Shown here: piece by piece, positions 38,365 to 57,135 of the stretch
Layout of the letters: each line of letters begins with the position of its first letter
Numbering within the stretch: position 1 is the first letter of the stretch
DNA from: Oculina patagonica
Lineage: Eukaryota
DNA: 64,000 bases
Assembly (NCBI RefSeq): GCF_052425735.1
Contig: NC_135764.1
Span: 24,242,001 to 24,306,000 of the forward strand
Direction: 5' to 3'
Translations under genes and position numbers: made by a program
Notes under the pieces: model-generated
Told to the model about the DNA's origin: nothing
Seen by the model: the letters and a program-made list of their open reading frames with translations, nothing else
Database searches by the model: none

Positions 38365-39029
38365 TACGTAGTTGTTTTCTATCCGTAAGGTTAGTGTAGT
38401 CTAATTTTAATTGTTGCGCGTAACGAAATAAGAGTGGCTTTCTACTTCTACAAATTGCGTGTAAAGGTTCTGCAACATTCCGGGAACGCCGCGGCACATA
38501 ACACCACTAGAAAACAACAGGCGAAAACTGTCAGCGTCCGCGGGCTTATAAGACACGTGTGGTACTGGGCGGAAACACCCCGTTTCCATCCTCTGCCCTC
38601 AAAGGGCGGGGAACTTGCGTCAAAACTGTTTTAGTGTTTGCTTTTTTCTGATTGGGCAATATTGAACTTTTTCGACACTTCCTCTCTGGATAAAGTTTTT
38701 TCTCTATTTGGTAGTTTTAGCTATTGTGCATCGTTCAAACGCCTATTGGTATCGTGCCTTTGGTTTTTCGTGAGCATGTATCAATAAATCGGAAAAGGAA
38801 ATGTAGTTTGAACAACCCGTTAACAATGATTGATGCTTTAAACACTGACATGTGAAATAAATTGACACCACTGTAGTTTTCTGGCACGTTTCAACTTTTA
38901 GTTTTCACCAAATAATGCAACCACCATCATTCTCAGATGAAAATACAAAGTCAAAGTTTTATTCAAATGACAAGCCAAGTAAAAACAAAATCAATAAAAG
39001 AAAGTCAAGTCAGGCCAGTTTTTCAGGGT

Positions 39030-44837
<5,808 letters not shown>

Positions 44838-45019
44838 TGTCGATTCTGGCGCTTACTAAATAGACTTCTTGCACTAAAACGGTGAAGAATTACTCAAAGT
44901 TTTCTCGTAGAAGAAGCAACGACCCTTCTCAAGAAGACCAGCGAAAAAATAATGACGAAAGCCGATAGCCACGCAATTTTACCCGTTTTACACGTCAGAT
45001 ACACGTCAAATTGACGTAT

Positions 45020-45032
45020 GTCGCTAGGCAAC
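45020..45032. promoter_or_regulatory. RFX X-box upstream of alpha-tubulin, with neighbouring ACGTCA half-sites
   Basis: GTCGCTAGGCAAC ~185 bp upstream of the ATG; ACGTCA/TGACGT at ~44992, 45003, 45012 and 45049. Confidence 0.6.
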
Positions 45033-45602
45033 GATTTGAATTATGAATACGTCAGACAAAAATGGCGGGAAATTTCGCGCCTTTCTTTACCCGACACGTA
45101 TTTTTATTTCGATTCATGACTTTCTTAGAAATTTGAAATTAAAACACAAGCATAACAGTCCAGACTTCTCGAGCTTTGCTTTTCACTGTTTGTTGTACGT
45201 AGTAGCAAATCGTCCTACACAGGAGCACATGCGCGCGTAGACTACGAGCATATAATAAAGCCCTGACCAAACGGCAATGCAAGTAGCGCATGTTGAAGTT
45301 GCGTCTCCGATTGGCCAGGACTTGCGTGCACTTGCGTTGACTTGCGTTCACTTTGGTCGAGATCAAATTTGCTTAAGTTAACGCAATTTTTTTACCGTTT
45401 GGCCACCCATCGCAAGTCAACGCATTTTTTGCAGTTTACTTCAGATACTGAATTGCACCTCGTAGCATTTCAAATGACTTTTTACAAACTTGCGTGCACT
45501 TGCGACTAAACTTGCGTGTCCGTTTGGTCACCCAACGCAAGAGTTTGTACGCAAGTTGATCTTGTGACTACTTGCGTCCACTAGCGTTTGGCCAGTGCGA
45601 TA

Positions 45603-45977
45603 CCGTAAAATTCCCGTTATAAGCCCCCCGCTTATAAGCCTCCCCCCCTGGTTATAGGCCAATCTACCTGGAAACAAAAAAATACATTCGATTATAAGCC
45701 CCCCGGATATAAGCCCCCCTCGACCGGACGACAGTACTGAATAGGGCTAATATGTTGCTTTATTATGCGTCTTTAACTAAAAAACGTATTTCCATCAACA
45801 CTCCCGTGGCTCGTTTCGAAACCTTTTTTTTTTATTCCGCTTATAAGCCCGTTCGAAACGTTTTTTTTTTCATTCCGCTTATAAGCCCTCCCAGATATAA
45901 GCCCCTCCGCTTATAAGCCCACCCAAAACCCCTTACGAAGTTGTATAAGCCCAGGGCTTATAACCGGAATTCTACGG
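45603..45977. mobile_element. Tc1/mariner-type MITE (TA TSD)
   Basis: TA|CCGTAAAATTCC...GGAATTCTACGG|TA with many TATAAGCCC subrepeats. Confidence 0.85.
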
Positions 45978-47005
45978 TATGCCAGCAGCGAAGCATCTAG
46001 CAGTAAGCTGCGAGTAGCAACAGGTTGCAATCGCCCTCGCTCGCTCGTCACTCCCTCTGCTATTTAAATTTTGAGTGCGCAAAAGAGAGACTGCAGTTTA
46101 GCAAGCGCACAAGTAAATCTCAGTAGGAAACAAAGACATGGTTTGCAGCTACTCGCCAAATTTCAAAAGTTAGGAAAAAACTTGAGACTTTTCGATTAGC
46201 ATACTGTAAGAGAAGTAAGTCATGTTCAGTATTGGATACGCTGCTCAAGTTCAAAATGAACTACCGCCCCCAAAAAATAATAACAGCATTAACCTTTCAG
46301 GTGAGGGTTAAAATATACATGAAAAGAATTGTCTCCCCAGGCGAACTGTTTTTTTTCTTTTTCTTTTTTTTTTTTTTTTTCACCGCTTTCTAAGCCTGTA
46401 TAATTGACTCAATAGACAGTAGAGATAATCCCACATTAGGGTTGATAGGTACATGAAAAGGGGCTTAAAAAATTCTGAGGACTGTTAAAATTGGACAAGG
46501 GCAAAAGCCAAGTCTAATTTTGCTGGCTAAGAAAGTTGGAGGAGCATCTTGTTGCGTTACATTTTAATTATAACGCGCGCGACAAAATTACTGCGAGCGC
46601 ATATAAATACATTTGGTATAATTGAACGGAATGGAGACAATTCTGGGTGTAATCGAAATCAGAATTACGAGCAAGTTATTTTACTTTATCTTAAAAGAAA
46701 TTAGGCAGCTTGTGTGGTATTTTCGGCTGATGATGTAATAAAGAAAGAATATTTCGGACACTTCAAAAATAACTGATTGCGTGATTATAGCCTGAGCGGC
46801 TATACACAAGCTACGTGATTATTATTTACAGTAATTGTTTCCGCTTATAGAGAAATACTCGCAACGCTCGCTTGCGATTGCATCAGTTTTCACTTCAGTT
46901 AATTCCAGTTACGTCTGAATAAGACAATTCATTATTTTATGCGTCCCAACACGCTATTAGTCCCAAAGGATTAAGCTGTTTACATGCTGAGCGAAATTAT
47001 GCAAG

Positions 47006-50002
47006 ATGGAGGCTGTTGTGACTGGGTCAAATTTACCTTACCTTTTCATCATTTTTGGATCAGTTGTGGTGTTCATCTCGCTGTTCTACTGGTGCGGGAC
47101 GTATCGATTCTCTGTACTTAAAAGCCTCGGTTTACCTGGACCAAAACCATGGCCGTTTTTGGGAAATATCCTCGAGTTGAATACATACGGCGGGATGCAC
47201 GCCATGTTCTTTGAGAACATGAAGCGATATGGCAAGATCTATGCCATGTGCTTGGGTCGACTGCCTACTATTGTCATTACTGAGCCAGAAGTCTTGAAGA
47301 AACTCTTGGTTAAAGAATTTTCGAGCTTTAGGAACCGATCGGACGCTGTGAATCCGCCTCCGCCGCTCAACTGCGGTTTGTTGGCGGCGAAAGATGAACA
47401 ATGGAAGCGAATTCGCAGCATCTTGTCTCCTTCGTATACGACTGGGAAGATGAAACAGATGATTCCACTCATGGAGGATGCAGTGAATGTGTTAATGAAG
47501 AAATTGGAAGAAGTTGCTGACACAGGTAAGAAGGCAGAACTGTCCTTAGCTTGATGACCTTGGCTTGAATGAAGCAAATTGAAGCGTGACAGTAAAAGAA
47601 GGAATGTGTGACATGCAATGGACATGATCTTGTGCATGTATAATGACTTGCCATGCAAGAGTGCTCAGGGTAGAAATACCGTAGAATTCTGGTTATAAGC
47701 CCTGGGCTTATACAACTTCGTAAGGGGTTTTGGGTGGGCTATAAGCGGGCTTATATTCGGGAGGGCTTATAAGCGGAAGGAAAAAAACGTTTCGAAACGA
47801 GCCTCGGGAGTGTTGATCGAAATACGTTTTTAAGTTAAAAACGCACAAAAAAGCAACATTTAGCCCTGTTCAGTACTGTCATCCGGTAGAGGGGGGGGGG
47901 GGGGGCTTATAACCGGATGTATTTTTTTTGTTTCCAGGATGATGGGCCTATAACCGGGGGGGGGCTTATAACCGGAATTTTACGGTTTTCAGTGGAATAT
48001 CGATTTTTCGACCCTCGGTTTCTCGACCCTCCCGAGTCCCGATAACTCGAACAGAAAGTGGTTTTCCTTTGATTTGCTTCACTCATTCAAACACTAATTT
48101 TACGGTCGATTTCTCGAACCAATTTTCGTTTTCCTTGGAGGTTTGAGAAATCAACATTCCACTGCAAACGGGATAGGTTGTAGGTCTCCACCAGTTTTTT
48201 TGGGTAGAACGATTTGACTCAGTGAGTAAAGGGGACAGTTAATGGGTAGTGGTTCCTAGACCCAGCAGAGCGCCCCCACATAAACTTTGCCAAGTTACCC
48301 CGGGAATCATTTGCGCCAGAGGGAACTGATAAGGTGATCCACAACCCCTTACGCATTGCCGAGACTATAAAGTCCCAGCCACAACCCCCATATGGTTCTA
48401 TATGAGGCTGAGGTTAAAAACAACCTTCAGGTTCGCCCCTGGAGTAAACGGCGGGGTCTATGATCTTATGTGAGACCCTTACGCCTGGCTATGCCATGCT
48501 GATGAGTCCTAACAAGGACAAAACAGCTGTCCATGATTGCCACTCCACGGGTAATAGGCTGTGCGCAAGCGTACAGGTCCTGGCCAGACTGTGGAGATGT
48601 GTCGTGTGACCATTGCATTCAGATTGTTTATTATGGAACTGATATACCCAGAATATCTGTGACAAAATCCACATTCATAATTTCACAGCAGTGGATTAGG
48701 AGTACATGTAGCCTGTAATCAAGCTCTCTACTGAGAAACAGGGCAAAATAACATTTCAGTTCACTGACCGCTTCTGAATCTGACACCCTATTTATACGCC
48801 ATAAAATCTTTTATTACGCACCATCCCGAAACCCGTCTCCACCCCATTGGAACGTCAGTTTGGTCGGAGAGTGAAGTCGGGCTCCGCCCTCACTCGCCCC
48901 AGTCAAGCTCAGTCACTTGCGCCTCAGCGCTGCAGACTTGTTTTTACAGGTACGTAATGCACGACTCGGCAGTCGGTTAATTTTCCGATATCTTATGTTC
49001 CCTTTTACAGAACGAAGTGTGGAAGTGTTGGATATATTCAGCCAGTTAACCCTGGACGTGATTTTGTCAGCTGCATTTGGAATCAAAACGAACATTCAAA
49101 CAGATCCGAATAGCCCTGTCACTAAAGAGGCTGACAGATTGTTCCGCAGGGTGTGGTTGTCGCCTTATCTTCAGATATTCCCTTGTAGCTCTTTGATCCG
49201 CAGAACAATAGCATTCTTCCGACAAGGTGTTGCTTTTTTTGTGCATGCCGCTACAGAGATCGTGGAAGAACGGAAGAAATATGCCAACAAGGGGAGGAAC
49301 GATCTACTACAGCTTATCTTAGCAGCTCACGATGAGCCTACAGTTCAAGGAGTCAGCAAACTCTCTGATGACGAGCTTATAGCGCAGTTGATTACGTGGC
49401 TATTAGCTGGTTACCAGACCTCCAGCAACACGCTTGCGTTCACTGCTTATCATCTCGCCATGGACGCGGATGTGCAAGAAAGACTGAGATGCGAAGTCGA
49501 AATTGCTATTCAAACATACCATGAGCTGCCTTTATACGAGCTCGTACACGAAATCGAGTATCTCGATTGCGTCATGAAGGAATCGATGCGACTTTGCCCT
49601 CCCCTTCACATTTTCAATCGCCGCTGCGAAGAAACGTGCGAGATAACCCCGGAGTTAACGATCCCCGCCGGTATGGAGATTACCGTACCGCTTTACGCGC
49701 TTCACCACGACCCCGAGGCCTGGCCCGACCCGGAAGTTTACAACCCCGAGAGATTCCGGGGCCCCGCCAAGGATACCCGACACCCGTTTCAGTTCCTGCC
49801 ATTTGGTGCCGGGCCAAGGAATTGCATCGGAATGAAATACGCTATGATGGAAATCAAAGTCGCCTTGGTCAGGATATTGAGGAGGTTTAAGTTTGTCCAA
49901 TCACCCGAGACTCAGGTGCCCTTAGTTTTGCATTCTGGAGTTACTCTTCGTCCCAGAGATGGGATATATTTACGAGTCAAGCGAGTTAAGAGTCTAATGT
50001 GA
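47006..50002 (+). CDS. CYP-7: divergent clan-3-like cytochrome P450, ~503 aa
   Basis: Exons 47006-47525 and 49011-50002. AGYQTSS, ESMR, PERF, FGAGPRNCIG. Confidence 0.92.
47679..47985. mobile_element. Inverted second copy of the 45603-45977 MITE, in CYP-7 intron
   Basis: CCGTAGAATTCTGGTTATAAGCCCTGGGCTTATACAACTTCGTAAGGGG is nearly the exact reverse complement of ~45929-45977. A CAGTGG-type MITE follows at ~47990-48165 (family also at 14764-14911). Confidence 0.85.
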
Positions 50003-50069
50003 GGACAATCCTCTGCAGATATCATCTTGAGAAGGAACTGCCTCATAAAATTTGCATTTTGGAGTTAAG

Positions 50070-50456
50070 CCTGGTACTAGTGACGCAAGCACAGAAGCAA
50101 GCATAACAGCTCGAATTTCACCGTAAACATCGACCTCGACGCAAGCATATGCGCAAGCACAAGCACAGGGATCAAATATTTTACTTTTCTTGTGCTTGCG
50201 CTTGGGTTCGCGTTATGCCGTGTGAAAACGAAGCACCGCATAAGCACTAAGAGAACATGTACGACGTCTGGCCGTGTCTGCCCAATCAAAACACTAGTTC
50301 CAGATTCTCCCGCATTTGAGCCTTGAAACTAGTAAACATCGTGTTCTTATGCTTGTGCTTATGCTTATGTCGACGTTCGTTTTCACTTGGCACAAACTAC
50401 TTATGCTGGCGCTTGTGTTTGCGCTTGTGCTTGGCGTCGCTAGTGAAAACCAGGCT
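50070..50456. mobile_element. MITE just 3' of CYP-7
   Basis: GCCTGGT..CTAGTGACGCAAGCAC ... GTGCTTGGCGTCGCTAG..ACCAGGC termini with AAGCA/TGCTT subrepeats. Confidence 0.6.
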
Positions 50457-50466
50457 TTAATACTGT

Positions 50467-50690
50467 CGATATACAATTGAGGATAAAAATAAGCGAAAAT
50501 AAGCCACGACGTTTCGAACTCATCTTGAGTTCATTATCAAGTAGATAATTATGAGTAAAATAACGGTCGAGTTAAGTTTAAATGCAAATAGAGGTGATAG
50601 AGTATATTAGAATATTTTAAAAGCAGTCGTGGCTTATTTTCGCTTATTTTTATCCTCAATTGTATATCGAAATGTTCTCTCATTAGAATT
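50467..50690 (-). mobile_element. Penelope-like solo pLTR with terminal inverted duplication
   Basis: 44-bp perfect inverted repeat (50467-50510 vs 50626-50669) bracketing a hammerhead motif. Confidence 0.65.
50504..50544 (-). ncRNA. Minimal type-I hammerhead ribozyme (U3-A8 variant)
   Basis: CTAC-TTGATAA-T-GAACTC-AAGAT-GAGTTC-GAAA-CG-TC-GTGG: stem I CTAC/GTGG, 6-bp stem II, palindromic ACGT stem III, GUC cleavage triplet. Confidence 0.75.
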
Positions 50691-51066
50691 TTTAATACTG
50701 TCAGTCAAGAAAATCAAATCAATACTTAGGAAAATCCCACACACAAGAAAATATAAGTTTATTTATTGCTTTTCATTGGACCTACGCCTTCGTTCAACCA
50801 GAGTAGCGAAATGGCTGAAAAAAGGCCTACAGTTTCCTGAACTTTCCAATTTAGGCTTGAAATATCTTTTTTAACTAAAGCATTGTCTTAAATTAACGTG
50901 TAAGCACAAAAATAAAGATTACGGCTTGATCCATACAATTGTCGATCTATACCTGACCGAATTGCATTTAATTAATTAGCCCAGTTGTTCAAAGCGTGGA
51001 TCCACTGGATAAATCGGTATTCGGTGGATAATGGTTGAAAAACCATACCAGGCAATCCACTGGATA

Positions 51067-51254
51067 CAGTAAAAACCAGCAAGTAAGAACCTAACATTTA
51101 AGAACCTTTAAGCAAATGAAAGATCATCCCAGTAATGTACTCAATTTAAGCAGTTGAGAAAAGCTAATTAGCCTAAATTTGTAATAACCCTTTATGTAAG
51201 AACCTGTTTAGGCTAACCTGAAAAAAGTAGGTTCTTACTCGCGGGTTTTTACTG
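51067..51254. mobile_element. Tc1/mariner-type MITE (TA TSD)
   Basis: TA|CAGTAAAAACCAGCAAGTAAGAACCTA...TAGGTTCTTACTCGCGGGTTTTTACTG|TA. Confidence 0.8.
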
Positions 51255-52011
51255 TATATCGACTGGATGGTGATTTCTCCAGTGAATAGAGATACGGGAA
51301 AAATCCTATTTTGGGGATCACTGTTTGTTCAATTACTTTCTGTGGAGGATGCGCGATTCTCCTTAAGGATTGCAAGACCTCAAATAGAGACCTGAGCCAA
51401 GTTTAACAATGGGGTCCTCTTGACTAGTGACTTGAAGTGGGGGGTGGGGGGACTGAAGAGAACTCTTCTCTTAGTAAGTCTTCATTTTTTGGGCCCAGCC
51501 CCCCTCCCCGGCTGTACTACTCCCCTGTATACTAGTTTTTACCTTTTGGTCACCCAACGCAACTTCGTCAACACAGATTGATAGCACGTCATTCATATTC
51601 ATTTTGTTCACAATTTGACCGCCTTCAAAATGGCTTTTTTGCAACTTGCGTGCGGGTGGGAGTAAACTTGCCAGTCTGTTTGGCCAGCCAACGTAAGTTT
51701 GTACGCAAGTTGAATCTGCGACTACTTGCGCCTCTGTATGTCAGGTCTTAAACTGAAGATGAAACATCCTTTATTAACTCTCCTTTTATTTACATCAGAT
51801 TTATAACACACGTTACAGTTTCAAAATTGCACATGAACTTTCCAATTTAGGCTTGAAATATCTTTTTTAACTAAAGCATTGTCTTAAATTAACGTGTTTG
51901 TCTGAAATAGTAAATTACGTTCTGTTGTTTGATGAACTACCTGTATCATCCCGTTTATTTTTATAAAAAAAACGTCGGAAAAATAAGTTTAAAAAGCATT
52001 ATACAACAAAG

Positions 52012-52035
52012 TCGATCGATCGGTCGGTCGGTCGG

Positions 52036-52076
<41 letters not shown>

Positions 52077-52130
52077 GGATGGATGGATGGATGGATGGAT
52101 CGATCGATCGATCGATCGATCGATTGATTG
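52012..52130. repeat. Compound tetranucleotide microsatellite (GATC/GGTC/GATT/GATG)
   Basis: Successive blocks of 4-bp units. Confidence 0.9.
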
Positions 52131-52903
52131 AAGTGTTTGACAAACGGTGTATTCATGTTTTCGGATACTTTACACCATACAAGGCACGGCCTACAATTCT
52201 GTGATATCTTGAAACTCTACAGTGATGATGATAGTCGGGATTGTACAGTCAGCAGGTTGCTTTGATTTCTTCTTAAAAATCTGAAAATAGAATTACATCA
52301 TCATATATTAGTGGACAATCGGAAAACGTACGCTAAATAAATAGCAAAATTGAAAAATAAGTGCATGTTTGCCTTCTCCTTTCAACCTTAACAATGTGCA
52401 CGAAGTTTAAAAAGTTATATATGTCTGAGACGTTTGGCGAAAAATAAATTGTAATCCGTTCCGCGTTTAATCACTATTTTATCAGCCGATAGTATCCCCC
52501 AGGAAGCCTTTTTTTTTTCTCCAAATGAAAGAGCAATTGAGAGACTGGGCCCTATAACTCACTTGTGACGTCGACCAAGTATTGGACTCGTCATAACATT
52601 TTTTGGAGTCGGAGTCGCTTTTCGACATAGTAGCGGAAATAAGAAGGCACGAAGGCAGAAAACTTCCCTATAACTAAGCAAAGCTATTCTGATACCCATG
52701 TTCCGTGTTGTGTCGCATAATTTAGATACTGCGTCGACTTCACAACCCTCGCTAGTTCCAGACCTTGTGGAGTGCGGCTTTTACTTCGAGCTCCGCGATT
52801 TCGCGCTTTTGCATTCTAAAAATCGAGAATAACTTTAAATCCCAATTTTCTGCTTGTTCTTGAATGCTTTACATGCCTACTTTTAAGAAAAAAATTAACT
52901 GAC

Positions 52904-55900
52904 TTAGGGGCATAGGAAAGCTCCGTTTCTTACCAATTTTACCTTCTTGAGCTTGTCTTGAACGCTGAAAGAGCGAGAGCTACTTTCTTGTTTTCGTTTC
53001 TCTCGCCATTCAGGCGTGGTATTACCACTGCGCCTTGCAATCTCTTGGTTGTAACTCATCTCACTTCTGAGATGGGCCTGTGGTGAAAAGAAACAAGGAA
53101 ATAAGCCCCCCTTTTTTTGTTCAATTTCGTCATACGACACCCGATAGCCTTATGATTGTCGCGGTTAGTAATCTAGAACCTGTCTGGCCAATATTCCGTT
53201 GCGCAAGACTAAGATGGTGGCAAACGAGATCAAAATGTTGCAGACACATTGTTGCGGAAACAAATGTTTCCCTGTTTGCCCGCGCGCGAAACATTTGTTG
53301 CGGACACAAAATTTGTGTCCGAGACACAAAAAATGTTTCTGATTTTGGTCAGAAACATTTTTTGTCTGCAACAAATGTTTCCCGTTTTGCACGGCATGAA
53401 CACAAAACATTTGTTTTTCGATGTTTTGTGTCCCGCTCGTTTGCCCACCCAAGAAACATCGTGAGAAACAATGTGTCCTCGTTTGCTACCACCTTTATAT
53501 GGATAAATTAATCGGACAACCTGAAATTACATACTACTTATTAACCGAGAGTGAGGTCATTACAGGGGAATCTCAGACCGAGGCCTTGATGTATTGACCG
53601 AGCGATAGCGAGGTCAATATATCAAGGCCGAGGTCTGAGATTGCCCTGTAATGACCGAACGGACGAGGTTAATAAGTTATTTATTATATGGCCTTTAAGC
53701 GCTATTCTAAAAATATCTAAAAAACACCGAGGTGAAACTCGCTCTCGCTCTCTGTGGCTCTCTTCGTCGCTCATACTAAAGAAGTATCGGTATGCTAATA
53801 TTTTTCTTTCAGTTATTGAAAAGATAGTTACATTTTGTCGGTATTTATTGTCGTTTTCGCAATTGCGCTAGTAGCTTTTACTCACAACTCAAAAAACCGT
53901 CGAGCCGAGAAAATTTTTCATAATGCCCGGTCATTACAAGAAAATAATGCCCACTCAGCAGCCAATCAGAGCGCGCGTACTATTGTAGCCATATAATAAT
54001 GAGGGATAAACCGTGAGTGGATTAGTATCACTGGAAGTAGCAAGTTAAGAGAAACGCTACTAAAAAGTGGGGAAAAGAGAAAGCGTAAGACGGTTTTGAC
54101 TTACAAATTTTCTTGAAGTCGATCTTTCCAGCAAGTGCGGATCATCGTAGATGTCCTTCCCAGCCTAAGAATAGAATTTAAAAGACAAAAATCTTAATTA
54201 AATTAATATTGTTATGAATTAAAAGAAACAAAGATGGATTGGATGAAATCTACTTCCGACGGCCCCAAAAATTACTTGAGGCCCGAATTGAATCAATTGA
54301 AGAATACTGTTTAATCAACAGCACGAAAAAGCGATCGTTATGCAATCTCAGTAAAACTTTTACTCAGATACAAACTATGAATCAATAGCTGTGTGGTGAT
54401 TGGCTCACTCTGGAGCCCAGGCTCGCGTTCTAAGAAACAAAGCGCGACCGTAAGTTTATAAGAAAATTATACTAAGTTCTACAGTTCGCGGGGTCAATCA
54501 TTGCAGGTGCAAATGGAAAAATAAACTAATCAAAACTCTAGAATTCTATTGGTGGGAAAATATGGAACCAATAAGGGGGGAAAACATGCACCGGCGTCAA
54601 GCGCAGAAAAACATGTTCTCGGTCAAGCGAGGTTCGTGTGAGGAAAATATGTTACTGACGAAAACATGTAATCGATGTAAGCGCGGGAAAGCAAGTGGAA
54701 GTGGTCCCAAGCGCGGCTGAAACCCAAGTAAGCACGGGAAATGTTACATGGCATCAGATTGGTCAAGAAGACAGCATCTGTAACCTGATTGGTTATGACG
54801 TTGACCGTATTCTCTGAACCAATTATAATTCATCATTAATCCAGCTTTTTCCTACCATTTGCCGCCATCTTTCACGTGGATCGACAGGAACAGGCTTTCT
54901 GCGTCCAATGCAAGGTGAAGGTTGACCTTGAAAGCTGTTTATGGCGTTCATGATACCAAGCCACGGGTCTGGTGTTCTCTGCATACAAGAGAAAAATATC
55001 AAAAACTGTTCGAGAACGACCGAGCCTGCGGTATTAGTGAGAGGCGTTGCTGAGTAACGATGTGTGACAACAAGTCGTGACGGCTAATAAGAGCACGAAA
55101 GCACGAGCGCTCGAGAAACAATCTGATTGGTTAAGAAAAGGGAGAAAAAAACAGAGAAAGGAAGACAAAAAAGTGAAGCAAGGACGAAAAACCGCTCATC
55201 AATCAAAAGAGAAATAATGAGCTGGTTAATCATAGATATGTTGGATCTTCAACAACCTAAAAAAATTAAAAATTAAAAGATTTTAATTCTCCGTGATCTT
55301 AACTTCGTGCTCATTAACTTTATTATTTCGAGACAAGCATTGTTAGGCACTCTTACGAGTCTTTCATTTGTTCTTTCTCTCACCATTTTCTGCCATCTCT
55401 CTCGTGGGTCTACAGGCCTAAGTTGTTCACCGTCTGGCCAAGATTCAACATCAAAACTGTTTATGGCGCTTGAGCGACGTAACCATCGCTTTTCTCTCCT
55501 CTGGAAATGATAAAGAAAAAAATTCTTCATTAAATAACTTAACCAAAACCAGTAACTGGACAAAATCTGCAAATCACACGAGAAAAATAGGAAATAACTT
55601 AAGGCGGTGTTACACGGGACAACTTGCAACAACGATTTTTTGCGCAACAATGTTGCACGAAAAATCCGTGTAATATGGTACCGGGGACGATTTTTGCACA
55701 ACTTTTTTCTCGGCAATATGGTGCGAGTTTCTGAACCTAAGTCAAAAACTAGCAACACAAGAGGTCGAATATCTAGAAAGTTGGCTCGTGTAACAGGGTA
55801 GCTTTCGAGTTTTTGCGCAACGCCTTCCCAGAATTCTGTTCAACGTAGCCTGGACACAACATTTCGCGTATCTGCGCGTTGCTCGCAAAATGTTGCGAGT

Positions 55901-57135
55901 CGACTGAAAATCGTCTCGTGTAACATGCATGTTGCCAAGTACATTTTGCGCGAAAAGTTGACTCGTTTAATATACGACGAAAAGTTGACGCGGTAATGCG
56001 CGAAAAATTGTTGTTGCGCAGGTGGTTGTTAAGTATCTTTGGCGTCTCCAAAACACTTCGAAACATTCTTGAAGTATACGCAAACCTTGCGATAGTGTAA
56101 GAAAATCTTCAAAACATTTTGGGTATCTTCGGCAGTCTTCGTCGTTCATCGGGTGTGTTTCGAAAATCTTCGAGAGTCCTAGGGCTGTCTTCGGAAATCT
56201 TCGGAATACTCCGAGTGGTCATCGACAGCCGTTATATCTTCGTTACCTCTTCGTATTTCTTCGGACTATTGCTATTTTCCCAATTTCTACATATCACGCG
56301 GCTTTCGTACATTCGTACTATATGTACATAAAAATCAGGATAAAAATTATATTCATATTTTAGCCAACCCATACTGATAATTTTCTTTTTAAATCGATGC
56401 TAATTAGTTTACTTAACCCATTCAGCTCTCAAAGCTCGCAATCTTCCCTGATATATGTTGCTAATACAAAAATAATTATAAAGAGAAATGACGAGCAAGC
56501 AATACAACAAAAACATTTTTTGGTGTCTCTGGCAATTGTCATCAACGATCTCAAAACAGCCGACAAATTTGATTTCTACACTACTATTAAATTTCTTTAT
56601 ATCACTGTCGAAATCATTCACAGGGAAAGCAAAATTTAAATTAAAGGAATTTGAGTTTAAGAGTTTCATTTGAATCTGCTTCGACAGCACTTACAATTCG
56701 ATCCAAATTTCAATAGTTGAGTATGCCGCTTCATAAAAGTAGAAATGAAGACTCGTGGATAAATTTTGCCAAACTGATCAACAATGAATTGATCGTCCGT
56801 GTTTAGTTTATAAAGTCGTTTATGGAGGGGAGGAAAGTTTTTATTTTAGTTATTTTCTGGTGGCGTATCGCCGAATAGAATCAGTTTAGATTTGTAACGA
56901 TTTATATTTTCATCCGCGTCCTGAGGCAATTCTAAAAGCGATAGCGGGCCTTTGCTGCGGAGCAATAATGCAATTAGAATTGTTGGAAATGAAATTACGA
57001 AAAAACACGTACCTCCTGGAAGATTCGTGGCAGTTGCAGAAATTCAGCTTTTCTTTTCACCTCCTTGGTCTTGAACATAGTTTCGGGTGAGAGTTGCGGA
57101 CTGGAATGTCGAGTAAAAAACAGCCCTCGCTTCAT
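52904..57135 (-). CDS. Uncharacterised 5-exon protein (~198 aa; 179 aa from the second ATG at 57078) with an internal exon repeat
   Basis: Exons 57013-57135, 55384-55500, 54856-54978, 54105-54164 and 52904-53077. All introns GT-AG and phase 0; the spliced frame is open to TAA. Confidence 0.8.
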
